This document shows, one piece after another, positions 40,374 through 48,574 of a stretch of 64,000 bases of DNA. A model generated the notes under the pieces. The model was not told where the DNA came from. It searched no databases and saw only the letters and a program-made list of their open reading frames with translations. Source of the stretch: OCS116 cluster bacterium AG-390-I16 (GTDB taxonomy: Bacteria > Pseudomonadota > Alphaproteobacteria > MED-G09); contig QCGZ01000003.1 of the NCBI GenBank assembly GCA_003279705.1, forward strand, positions 6,932 through 70,931. The letters run 5' to 3'. The position numbers and the translations under genes are program-made. Position 1 is the first letter of the stretch. Every line of letters begins with the position of its first letter.

Positions 40374-41306
40374 ATGACAAAGTATACAAAAAGTAAAACA
40401 TCTTTAATTATTGGACGATGGCAACCTTGGCATGAGGGGCATAGAGGTTTATTTGAGGCTGCTTTAGAAAGAGCTGAGAAAGTCGCTATTGGTGTAAGGC
40501 ATACCTACGCAACTGATGGAAAAAATCCATTCACTTTTGATGAGGTAAAAGAATTTATTGATAAAGATTTATCAGAAAAGTTTAGTGGAAAATATGATGT
40601 TATTGAACTACCAAACATTACAAATGTCATTTACGGAAGGGATGTTGGATATAAGGTCGAAAAAATTTCTCTTGGCGAAGATATAGAAAAAATTTCGGCA
40701 ACTGAAGTTAGAAAGTCAATGAATCTTACCCCTGTTAGTCATAGCGTTGAAGTAAGTGAGCGTTCAAAAAGATTTGGTCATGAGGGTGGTATTATATGGT
40801 TTACAGGTTTATCTGGATCAGGAAAATCAACTCTTGCAAAAGCATTAGAAAGAAAGCTTTTTGATAAAGGTTATAATGTTTATATGCTTGATGCAGACAA
40901 TATTAGAGATGGATTAAACTCAAATTTAGGATTTTCCAATGAAGATAGAAATGAGAATATTCGTAGGGTTGGAGAAGTTGCTGCATTATTTGCGAATGCG
41001 GGTTTTATTGTTTTATCAGCCTTTATTTCACCTTTTAATTCTGACAGGAAAAAAGCTTTAAATGCACATCCAAAGAATTTTCATGAGATATACTTATCAG
41101 CAGATATCAATGTATGTGAGGGAAGAGATATAAAAGGTCTATATAAAAAAGCAAGGGCTGGAGAAATTAAAGAATTTACTGGAATAGACTCTCCTTACGA
41201 AGTTCCTAAGTCACCATCATTAGAAATTGATACTGAAAATTTAACTGTAGACCAGTCTATTGATGAATTATTTAGTTTTATTCTTAACAAAATTCCATTA
41301 AAGTAA
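40374..41306 (+). CDS. cysC: two-domain protein: N-terminal class-I nucleotidyltransferase (HxGH / ISxTxxR) fused to C-terminal adenylyl-sulfate (APS) kinase
   Basis: Residues 1-125 carry GRWQPWHEGH (HxGH) and ISATEVRK (ISxTxxR), as in TagD/CCT/NadD-type nucleotidyltransferases. Residues ~135-310 are a full APS kinase (P-loop GLSGSGKST, LDADNIR, FISPF). Confidence 0.8.
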   Translation: MTKYTKSKTSLIIGRWQPWHEGHRGLFEAALERAEKVAIGVRHTYATDGKNPFTFDEVKEFIDKDLSEKFSGKYDVIELPNITNVIYGRDVGYKVEKISLGEDIEKISATEVRKSMNLTPVSHSVEVSERSKRFGHEGGIIWFTGLSGSGKSTLAKALERKLFDKGYNVYMLDADNIRDGLNSNLGFSNEDRNENIRRVGEVAALFANAGFIVLSAFISPFNSDRKKALNAHPKNFHEIYLSADINVCEGRDIKGLYKKARAGEIKEFTGIDSPYEVPKSPSLEIDTENLTVDQSIDELFSFILNKIPLK

Positions 41307-41346
41307 TATAAAGTATGTATAAAATATTTAATTAATTATTTATTCT

Positions 41347-41367
41347 TTGTAACATTATGTTACAATT
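41347..41367. promoter_or_regulatory. perfect palindrome TTGTAACAT-T-ATGTTACAA containing a 12-mer shared with the giant-protein upstream region
   Basis: 9-bp arms with a 1-nt centre at 41347-41365. The 12-mer TATGTTACAATT (41356-41367) recurs exactly at 43555-43566. Confidence 0.3.
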
Positions 41368-41524
41368 ATGATATTTAAGGGTTGACTATTAAATAACAAA
41401 ACTAAATAAATACACTTGCACTTTTACATCATTACGCTGTAAAAGAGAATTTGAGATTCATTGCCATGATTTATACTCATAAATTATGTTTTGAATTTGG
41501 GAATAACTAATCGGAGCTGAAGAC

Positions 41525-43483
41525 ATGAAACTACTACCTGAACAAAATAGTTTTGAAACTAATGATTTGAATGAAAAAAAACTCCCTCCTATTTTTACAG
41601 TTAAGAAAAAAGATACTGGAATATTTTCCGCTGTTACACTATCACTTATTCTTGCTGCTTGTGGCGGAGGCGGAGGCGGCGGATATGACGCTGTAAGCCC
41701 AACTCCTGATTCAGGCTCAGGTGGTGATTCAGGCTCAGGTGGTGATTCAGGCTCAGGTGGTGATTCAAGCTCAGGTGGTGATTCAGGTTCAGGTGATAAT
41801 ACCACAACCGCTGACGGTGTTAATTTAAATAGTGGTTCTGTTGCTGCAACTGCAGGTGCAGATGTCTTTATATATGATGTACAATTTAGTGGTACAGATG
41901 TTGTTGGTGTTGATGGTAATGTAACTATTACTGATTTTGATCCTAGCCAAGACAGTATTCAATTAAGAGGAACTGGTGCTCCAGGATCATTTACTTCAGC
42001 TGATCTTGCTGCGGCAACAAATATCGATATTTCATCACAAACAATTGACAATCAAACAGTGATATTCTTTTCTCCTGACTCATCAGGAAATTCATCATCC
42101 CTTACAATTAAAGGAATTACTGATGATGATTTATCTTCTATAACTATTTCAGCTTTAGAAGGCGAAGCTGATGCAGATACTTCTGGTACAACCTCAGGAA
42201 CAGGAATTGATTTATCTTCAGGAACAGTAGACGCATCATCTGCTAGTGAGAATTTTGTTTATAGCGTTTCATTTGTTGATGGAAGTCCAGTTGCTTTAGA
42301 TGGTAACATCGTTATTAAAGGTTTTGATGTTACTAATGATACTTTAACATTAGCTGCTGAATCAGTTCCAGCTGGATTTACGAAGAGTTCATTGTTAAGT
42401 GCTGCAAATGTTGACGTTGTTGCTGAGACAATAGACAATAAAACAACAATTTATTTTGCACCTGACTCAGCAGGAAAATCTTTTTCTATTACTTTAGAGG
42501 GAGTTGTTGATGCAGACTTATCTTCTATCAGTCTTTCAATTGAATCAGGAGGAGTTTCTGCAGATACTCAGGCTATAGTTGGTGGTACAAATGTTGATAT
42601 TACCTCCGGTGATGTTACAGCAACTGATGATGCTGAAAATTTTGTTATTGATGCAACCTATTCTGGCAATACTATAATTGCTGATGATGGCCCAGTGACA
42701 ATTAATGGTTTTGATCAAACGAATGATAAGCTAGTCATTTTAGCTTCTGATATGCCAATCGGATATGGCCTTTCAAACTTTAAGTCAGCCGCTGGAATAG
42801 ATATTTCAAGTCAGACTATTGATAATCAAACTGTGATTTATTTTGCACCTGATGCAACCGGTGCTTCTAGCTCAGTTACTTTACCTGGTATTGTTGACGC
42901 AGATTTAAGTAGTATAACAATTGTATTTACATCTTCATTAACAACTGTCGCAGCTTCGACTGACTCTGGTTCTGATGCTACAGCTACAGAAATAGTTGAA
43001 GAAACTACTACAGAAGAAACTACTACAGAAGAAACTACTACAGAAGAAACTACTTCGGAGGACTCTGCAGTGACATATAATATAGTAGATATCCCTTCAG
43101 CAACTGAAGCAACTTCAATTAGTGCTACTGATGGTGCTGATGAATTCCGTTACGAATTTAATGTATCGTCCGGTAATGGTCTATCTTCAGAAGGAAATGT
43201 TGAAATAACAATAAATAATTTTGATGCTGCTAACGATAAAATTGTTTTTGTTAATGTTGGAGGAACTGATTTAACTGTTGACGAGTTTAAAGCTTTAGGT
43301 GGTTTAGAGATTTCAGGTAACTCTTTTGATAATGTTACAGGTTTTTATTTTGCACCAGATAGCGCAGGCGCATCTGGTACATTAAATGTGGAAGGTGTTT
43401 ATGATGCTGACCTCACAACGATTACAGTTGAGATTTTATCTGATACTAACCTATCAGCTTCATCAAGTGGGGATCTTGGTTAA
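41525..43483 (+). CDS. surface lipoprotein with Gly/Ser/Asp linker and ~5 tandem ~110-aa modules (adhesin/S-layer-associated-like)
   Basis: Lipobox LILAACGGGGGG, then (DSGSGG)x5. Modules repeat around the motif [IV]T[IV]xxFDxxxDxL ... IDxxT[IV]x[FY]F[AS]PD. An (EETTT)x4 spacer lies near the C-terminus. No Cys after the lipobox. Confidence 0.7.
   Translation: MKLLPEQNSFETNDLNEKKLPPIFTVKKKDTGIFSAVTLSLILAACGGGGGGGYDAVSPTPDSGSGGDSGSGGDSGSGGDSSSGGDSGSGDNTTTADGVNLNSGSVAATAGADVFIYDVQFSGTDVVGVDGNVTITDFDPSQDSIQLRGTGAPGSFTSADLAAATNIDISSQTIDNQTVIFFSPDSSGNSSSLTIKGITDDDLSSITISALEGEADADTSGTTSGTGIDLSSGTVDASSASENFVYSVSFVDGSPVALDGNIVIKGFDVTNDTLTLAAESVPAGFTKSSLLSAANVDVVAETIDNKTTIYFAPDSAGKSFSITLEGVVDADLSSISLSIESGGVSADTQAIVGGTNVDITSGDVTATDDAENFVIDATYSGNTIIADDGPVTINGFDQTNDKLVILASDMPIGYGLSNFKSAAGIDISSQTIDNQTVIYFAPDATGASSSVTLPGIVDADLSSITIVFTSSLTTVAASTDSGSDATATEIVEETTTEETTTEETTTEETTSEDSAVTYNIVDIPSATEATSISATDGADEFRYEFNVSSGNGLSSEGNVEITINNFDAANDKIVFVNVGGTDLTVDEFKALGGLEISGNSFDNVTGFYFAPDSAGASGTLNVEGVYDADLTTITVEILSDTNLSASSSGDLG
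41708..41797 (+). repeat. 18-bp tandem repeat x5 (GATTCAGGCTCAGGTGGT), in-frame, encoding (DSGSGG)5
   Basis: Five head-to-tail copies, with 1-2 substitutions in copies 4 and 5. Confidence 0.9.
42998..43057 (+). repeat. 15-bp tandem repeat x4 (GAAGAAACTACTACA), in-frame, encoding (EETTT)3-EETTS
   Basis: Four head-to-tail copies. The last has 2 substitutions. Confidence 0.9.
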
Positions 43484-43557
43484 CTGTAAAAAATAAATTA
43501 ATATGTGGTCATAATTCTGCCATTATTAATTTATAAACAAAGACTGTAGACAAATAT

Positions 43558-43583
43558 GTTACAATTTGTTACATAAGTTTACA
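43558..43583. promoter_or_regulatory. three direct GTTACA/GTTTACA repeats at ~10-bp phasing upstream of the giant-protein gene
   Basis: GTTACA at 43558 and 43568, and GTTTACA at 43577. The helical-turn spacing is typical of response-regulator-type sites. The first copy overlaps the shared 12-mer. Confidence 0.3.
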
Positions 43584-43644
43584 TAAAAAAAGGAAATAAA
43601 GTTTTTGACAAATTTGGTTAAAACGTGTTTTTTAAATAGTGATT

Positions 43645-43665
43645 CGCAATTTATTTTAAATTGCG
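43645..43665. promoter_or_regulatory. perfect inverted repeat CGCAATTTA-TTT-TAAATTGCG 30 bp upstream of the giant-protein start
   Basis: 9-bp arms with a 3-bp spacer, followed by CTTTTATT. It is either an operator in the 5-prime UTR/promoter or a weak terminator hairpin for the upstream gene. Confidence 0.3.
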
Positions 43666-43695
43666 CTTTTATTAACGTCCAAAAGGGAGAGTAAC

Positions 43696-46600
43696 ATGGC
43701 TACGTTAAATGCAACAACATCGAGTGATATTTTAATTCCAACTAATAATGGAGTGACCTATAGAGGTCTTGCAGGAGATGATACTTATATATTATCAAAT
43801 GCTATAACAGCTAATTCTAAAATTAGTATTGTTGATACTTCTGGTTCTAATAAGATTCAGTTAGTAGATGGATTATCAATTGCATCTTCAAAATTTGCAG
43901 CTGATGCCGTTCAACTAACACTTTCAAATGGAGCCGTTGTTACAGTCAATGGTGCTGATAAGTTTTCATTTGATGTAGGTGGCAACGCAACCTCAGGAAC
44001 AATTGGTGCGGTTAGCACTTTTACAGAATTTGCTTCAGCAATGGGCGTAGCATCTCTTCCTACAGGTACAACTCTTACTGACGGTTCAGCTGATGTTTCT
44101 ATTTCAGGTACATCTGTTGGCGCAGCAGGAGCTAACGTAAGCTATACAATTACAACAGATATAACTACTGTTGGTGAAGGTGAAGCTGCTACAGTTACAG
44201 TTACTCCAAGCGCAGCACCTAGTTCTGCACAAACAGTAACAGTTTCAGTTTCTGGTAGTGATAATGGTGGTGCTTTAACAGCAGCATCTATTGGTGATTA
44301 TGAAGTGAGCACTGGTTCACTTACTTTCGCTGCTGGTTCATCTGCAGCTCAAACATTTACTGTTACAGCATCTTCTGATGTTACAGCAGAACCACTTGAA
44401 GGATTAAAAGTTTCATTATTAGACGATTCCCTTAACGTCTTAGGAACAAAAATTCTCGGTATTTCTGATAACAGTGCAACTGCAGCTCAAACATTCACAC
44501 TAAGCTCAACAACTAATACAGTAACTGGTGGTGTTGATAATATGACTGGTGCTGGTGGTGACGATACATTTAACGCAACAATTGCTGCATCGTTAACGTC
44601 TGCTGATATTATTGATGGTGGCGCAGGTACAGATACATTAAACGCACGTTATTCTGTCACAGCTGCTTCAACTCAAACTGCTACAGTTTCAAATGTTGAG
44701 ATTGTTTATGTTGATACAGATGATGGTGATACAACTGCCGCTCATACAACAACATTTGATTTGGCAACTTTCACAGGTGTTGATCAAGCATGGGCCTACA
44801 ACAATGACTCAAATGCTACTAATCAGGATATTTTAAATATTACAAATATTCCATTAGGAACTACTGTTGGTGTTAAAGGTGGTGATGCAAATGCAAATAA
44901 TACATTTACTTATCTTTTAACAACAGCGTTAACTGATACAGCAACTCTAGCCTTAGATACTGCAAAATCTGATTTGATTACTATTGCTGGTATTGAAGCG
45001 CTAACAATTTCTGCAAGTGGTAAAAGTACAATTGACCAAATTGCAACTACTTCAGCTTTAACTCTTACTGTTAATGCAAGTGGTAAAACAGTGTTAACTG
45101 ACATTGATGATGTTACAAGAACCGTTGATGCGTCAGGATCAACTGGCGATGTAACAATAGCTGGTGTAGGTTCATATTCAAAAGGTACATCCATTACAGG
45201 TGGTTCAGGTAATGACACAATTAATATGGGTGGTAATCTTAACTCATTAGATACAGTTGTTGGTGGTGATGGTATTGACACACTTCTAGTTACAGGTAAT
45301 GCTAACACTCTTGGTATGGGTGCTGGAGTTTCTGGTGTTGAAGTATTTGGTGGTAGTACCGCTAATGCTGATCAAACATTAAGAATGGATACGGTTGCTG
45401 AAGCTTCTAGTTTCTATGTAGTAAATGCCGATGGTAATGATAATGGTACTGCATTCACAACAACTTTATCAAAATCAGAAAATGGTGATGTTATTAATAT
45501 CTATGCTGGTTCATCTGAATCAGACGCAACGGATGATGGTACAGCAGTTACTGTTACTGCTGCTGTTGATAGTACAACAGATGACATTACTTTTGTTCTT
45601 GCTGGTATTGGTGCTGCTGCTAAAACATCTGGCAATGATGCTTATGCAGCTACATCAGGTATACAAACAATTACAGCTTCATCACACGAAACTGTAAATA
45701 TTACATCAAATGCAAACGCTACGAACGCTGCTATTACTAAAAATGCGATCGAGAGTTTGGTTACTACAGTTGGTAAAGCTGTTAATATTGATGGTACAAC
45801 AAACTTAAGAGTAAATATGGGTTCTTCACCTACAACTCTTCTAAGTATTGATGCTTCTGAACTTGATGCTAAATTAGAGCTTTATGGTGTTGATGCCTCA
45901 GGTAGTGCTTTAGGTCAAAATACAATTAAAATGGCTATGAAAAACTCTACTGTTGATATGGCTGGCCTAAATGTTTATGACACAATTGTTGGTGGTGCTG
46001 GTACAGCTGACTATCTTTTAGCTACAGCTATAACTGGCTTAACTACAGCTTCAGGTGCTCTTAATATTTCAGATGTTGAAACAGTTGCTCTATTATTAAC
46101 TGGTGCTAATACAAGTATTTCAGTGGCCGGTGTAACTGGAATGAATACTCTTGAATTAGGTCACGTTTCAGGCACAGGTACTGCCCAAAAAATTGTTGGA
46201 CTTGATGCAGATACAACTGTTCAATTAGGTGTAAATAATTCTGACACTGATGGTACTGATCAAGTATTTGATGGTGGTGGTACACTTACATTAGCACTTG
46301 CTGATGAAACAGGTGCTGATGATACACTTAAATTAGCTGTATTCTCTGCTGCTGCTACAACAGATGTTGCAATTAAAACAACAGCAATTGAGAATATTAA
46401 CGTCGCTGTTAGTGCCTTAAAAGCGGGTGATGCAACTGTTAATTTAGCCGCTGCTTTAGCTAAGACTGTTACTGTTTCAGGTGGTGACGGTGCTGCTGTT
46501 GATGACCTTGCATTAGGAACATTCTATAAAACTGTTGATACTCTAACTAGTACTTTTGTTGGTAATATCACAGCTAACCTATCTGCATATTCATCTCCAG

Positions 46601-48513
46601 ATGGTATTACAGGTGTTACTGCATCTGCATTAGGTATGTATGATGCAACATTTAGCCTCGTATTATCTGGTTATAATGATACTGTTACTATTGGTAAATC
46701 TTCAACAACTGCTGGTCCAACTGTTACAGGTGGTGCTGGTACTGCTGACGTATTAAACCTTACTGTTGCAGCTGGTTTCCAAGACTTTGATGATATCACT
46801 GGTTTTGAAACAATTAACTTAGCCGTTAATGCCGGTGACTCAATCACAGTAGGTGCTAGCGCTGACGAACTAGACGGTATTGTTGGTGCTAAAAGCCTTG
46901 TTGTTACTGGTGGTAATGCTGTTAGTGTTTTAACACTTGGTGGAACTAACGATAAACTTGATGGAATAACATTGAATAACATCGATGCATCAGGTTTCGG
47001 TGGTTATATTTCACTAGTTTATGATACAGATGACTGGACAAATTCATTAAGAGCTCAAGCAATTATTGGTGGTGGAACTATATACGATAAAGTAACTGCT
47101 ACTTATGATGCTGCTGTTACTGCGAATGCTGCTTACAAAGTTAATACAACAGCTGTTGAAACAATTTTAGCAACATTTGATAGTGGAAATGATGGTTCTG
47201 AAACATATTACTTTGATGTTCTTAAATCAGACGCAGGCACAATTCAGTTAAATACTAGTACTAGTGGTAATACTGTTGTTAATGTTGTGAATATTGCTAC
47301 TAATGATGGTTCACAAACATTCCAGTTAGGTGGTACTGCTGGTGATGGTTTTGCTAATAGTTCAACTGCTAATTTCTCCTTAACATCAACAATTGCTACT
47401 GATACAGCTCTAACAGTTGGTCTTAAAGACACAGATGCAGCTTCTGGAACAATTCAGATTGACGCTGCTGGTGTTGAGAACTTAACACTTGATTTATTTG
47501 CAAATGCTGAAAATCACCAAGTTGATTTAGCAGGTGTTACTCCTACATCAGGTTCTGTTGGTTCAGTAACTGTTAAAGGTGGTCTTACTGGTACTCTTAC
47601 AGTTACTAACATGGGTGCTTCTCAAACTACACTTGACGGTACAGCATCCAATTCAGCAATTACACTTGCTGCGGCTTCAAGAACAGATAGTGCTATGACT
47701 ATTACTGGTTCACTTGTAAATGACTCACTAGCTATGGAAAACGTAGCTGACGTTATGGATGGTAGTACTGGTACAGGTGATACATTAGTTGTTGCTTATA
47801 CTGGTATTATTGGCGGTATTGTTATTGATCTAAGTGCCGATGACCAAGTCACTAATATGGACGGTGCATCTAATAGTGCTATCCAGAAGAACTTTGAAAA
47901 TGTAAACGTTAACGCTTACACTAATTTTGGTGCTTCAGTAACTGGTACATCTAAGGCTAATACAATTACAGGTACACCACTTAATGATACTATTACTGGT
48001 GGAAATGGTGCTGATACTATAATTGGTAATGGTGGTGATGATATTGTTAGACTTGCAGAAACTGTTTCTGCTGCTGATACTGTTACACTTGCCGTAGCTT
48101 CCAGTGATACTGCAACAATTAGTGGTTTTACTATGAATACTGATATTATTGACGGTGATGCTTCAGCTGCTACTGGTAATGGAACTCCTGCAAATACTAT
48201 TATGCAAGCTGCTACTAATGCCGCTGGTGCTGTTGCTGCTGATATTGGTACAAATTCATTAGTTGTTATTGCAACGGATGATACTTCAACTGCTGCAGTC
48301 CTAACCGCATTGAATGCTGGTACTTTTGACACCACTGTAATGACAAGATGGTTCCTATATGATACTGGTTCTCAGCTTGTTCTTGCAAAAGGTGCGAGTG
48401 CTGATGCTATTGATAATGGTAATGTAACTCTAACTGAGTTTGCAACATTTAGTGATATTACTGATATTACATCAACTACATTAACTACTGCTTCAACTAT
48501 CGACTTTATCTAA
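43696..48513 (+). CDS. giant (1605 aa) Thr/Gly/Ala/Ser-rich secreted repeat protein with RTX-like Ca-binding motifs; T1SS-substrate / S-layer (RsaA)-like
   Basis: No N-terminal signal peptide and no Cys. Strong Shine-Dalgarno (AAAGGGAGAG-N5-ATG). Multiple GGxGxDxUx nonapeptides (DGGAGTDTL, GGSGNDTIN, GGDGIDTLL, GGNGADTII, GNGGDDIVR). Calx-beta-like segment TFAAGSSAAQTFTVTA...EPLEGL. Confidence 0.8.
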   Translation: MATLNATTSSDILIPTNNGVTYRGLAGDDTYILSNAITANSKISIVDTSGSNKIQLVDGLSIASSKFAADAVQLTLSNGAVVTVNGADKFSFDVGGNATSGTIGAVSTFTEFASAMGVASLPTGTTLTDGSADVSISGTSVGAAGANVSYTITTDITTVGEGEAATVTVTPSAAPSSAQTVTVSVSGSDNGGALTAASIGDYEVSTGSLTFAAGSSAAQTFTVTASSDVTAEPLEGLKVSLLDDSLNVLGTKILGISDNSATAAQTFTLSSTTNTVTGGVDNMTGAGGDDTFNATIAASLTSADIIDGGAGTDTLNARYSVTAASTQTATVSNVEIVYVDTDDGDTTAAHTTTFDLATFTGVDQAWAYNNDSNATNQDILNITNIPLGTTVGVKGGDANANNTFTYLLTTALTDTATLALDTAKSDLITIAGIEALTISASGKSTIDQIATTSALTLTVNASGKTVLTDIDDVTRTVDASGSTGDVTIAGVGSYSKGTSITGGSGNDTINMGGNLNSLDTVVGGDGIDTLLVTGNANTLGMGAGVSGVEVFGGSTANADQTLRMDTVAEASSFYVVNADGNDNGTAFTTTLSKSENGDVINIYAGSSESDATDDGTAVTVTAAVDSTTDDITFVLAGIGAAAKTSGNDAYAATSGIQTITASSHETVNITSNANATNAAITKNAIESLVTTVGKAVNIDGTTNLRVNMGSSPTTLLSIDASELDAKLELYGVDASGSALGQNTIKMAMKNSTVDMAGLNVYDTIVGGAGTADYLLATAITGLTTASGALNISDVETVALLLTGANTSISVAGVTGMNTLELGHVSGTGTAQKIVGLDADTTVQLGVNNSDTDGTDQVFDGGGTLTLALADETGADDTLKLAVFSAAATTDVAIKTTAIENINVAVSALKAGDATVNLAAALAKTVTVSGGDGAAVDDLALGTFYKTVDTLTSTFVGNITANLSAYSSPDGITGVTASALGMYDATFSLVLSGYNDTVTIGKSSTTAGPTVTGGAGTADVLNLTVAAGFQDFDDITGFETINLAVNAGDSITVGASADELDGIVGAKSLVVTGGNAVSVLTLGGTNDKLDGITLNNIDASGFGGYISLVYDTDDWTNSLRAQAIIGGGTIYDKVTATYDAAVTANAAYKVNTTAVETILATFDSGNDGSETYYFDVLKSDAGTIQLNTSTSGNTVVNVVNIATNDGSQTFQLGGTAGDGFANSSTANFSLTSTIATDTALTVGLKDTDAASGTIQIDAAGVENLTLDLFANAENHQVDLAGVTPTSGSVGSVTVKGGLTGTLTVTNMGASQTTLDGTASNSAITLAAASRTDSAMTITGSLVNDSLAMENVADVMDGSTGTGDTLVVAYTGIIGGIVIDLSADDQVTNMDGASNSAIQKNFENVNVNAYTNFGASVTGTSKANTITGTPLNDTITGGNGADTIIGNGGDDIVRLAETVSAADTVTLAVASSDTATISGFTMNTDIIDGDASAATGNGTPANTIMQAATNAAGAVAADIGTNSLVVIATDDTSTAAVLTALNAGTFDTTVMTRWFLYDTGSQLVLAKGASADAIDNGNVTLTEFATFSDITDITSTTLTTASTIDFI

Positions 48514-48540
48514 TAGTTAGCTAGATATTAATTTAATTAA

Positions 48541-48567
48541 AGGGTCTCTCATGAGACCCTTTTTTTA
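48541..48567. terminator. bidirectional Rho-independent terminator between convergent giant-protein gene and sulfotransferase operon
   Basis: AGGGTCTC-tcat-GAGACCCT hairpin, then a T7 run on the plus strand. The minus-strand side is A/T-rich. Confidence 0.7.
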
Positions 48568-48574
48568 TTGATTA

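Noticed and set aside
41458-41805. Minus-strand ORF encoding PEPESPPEPESPPEPES repeats
   Set aside because: It is the reverse complement of the (DSGSGG)n 18-bp tandem repeat of the lipoprotein gene and has no independent start context. Repeat shadow.
43605-43638. TTGACA hexamer as a -35 element for the giant-protein gene
   Set aside because: No acceptable -10 hexamer at 16-19 bp spacing (only T-runs). The nearest TAAAT-like element is ~22 bp away, so the promoter assignment was not supported.
44910-48335. Five antisense ORFs (44910..45308, 45425..45697, 46671..46982, 47244..47432, 47916..48335) inside the giant-protein gene
   Set aside because: They are embedded in a long, coherent plus-strand reading frame. 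Their translations are low-complexity mirror images (Pro/Val/Ala/Leu-rich) of the Thr/Gly/Ala-rich repeats. This is a shadow-ORF artefact of repetitive coding DNA.
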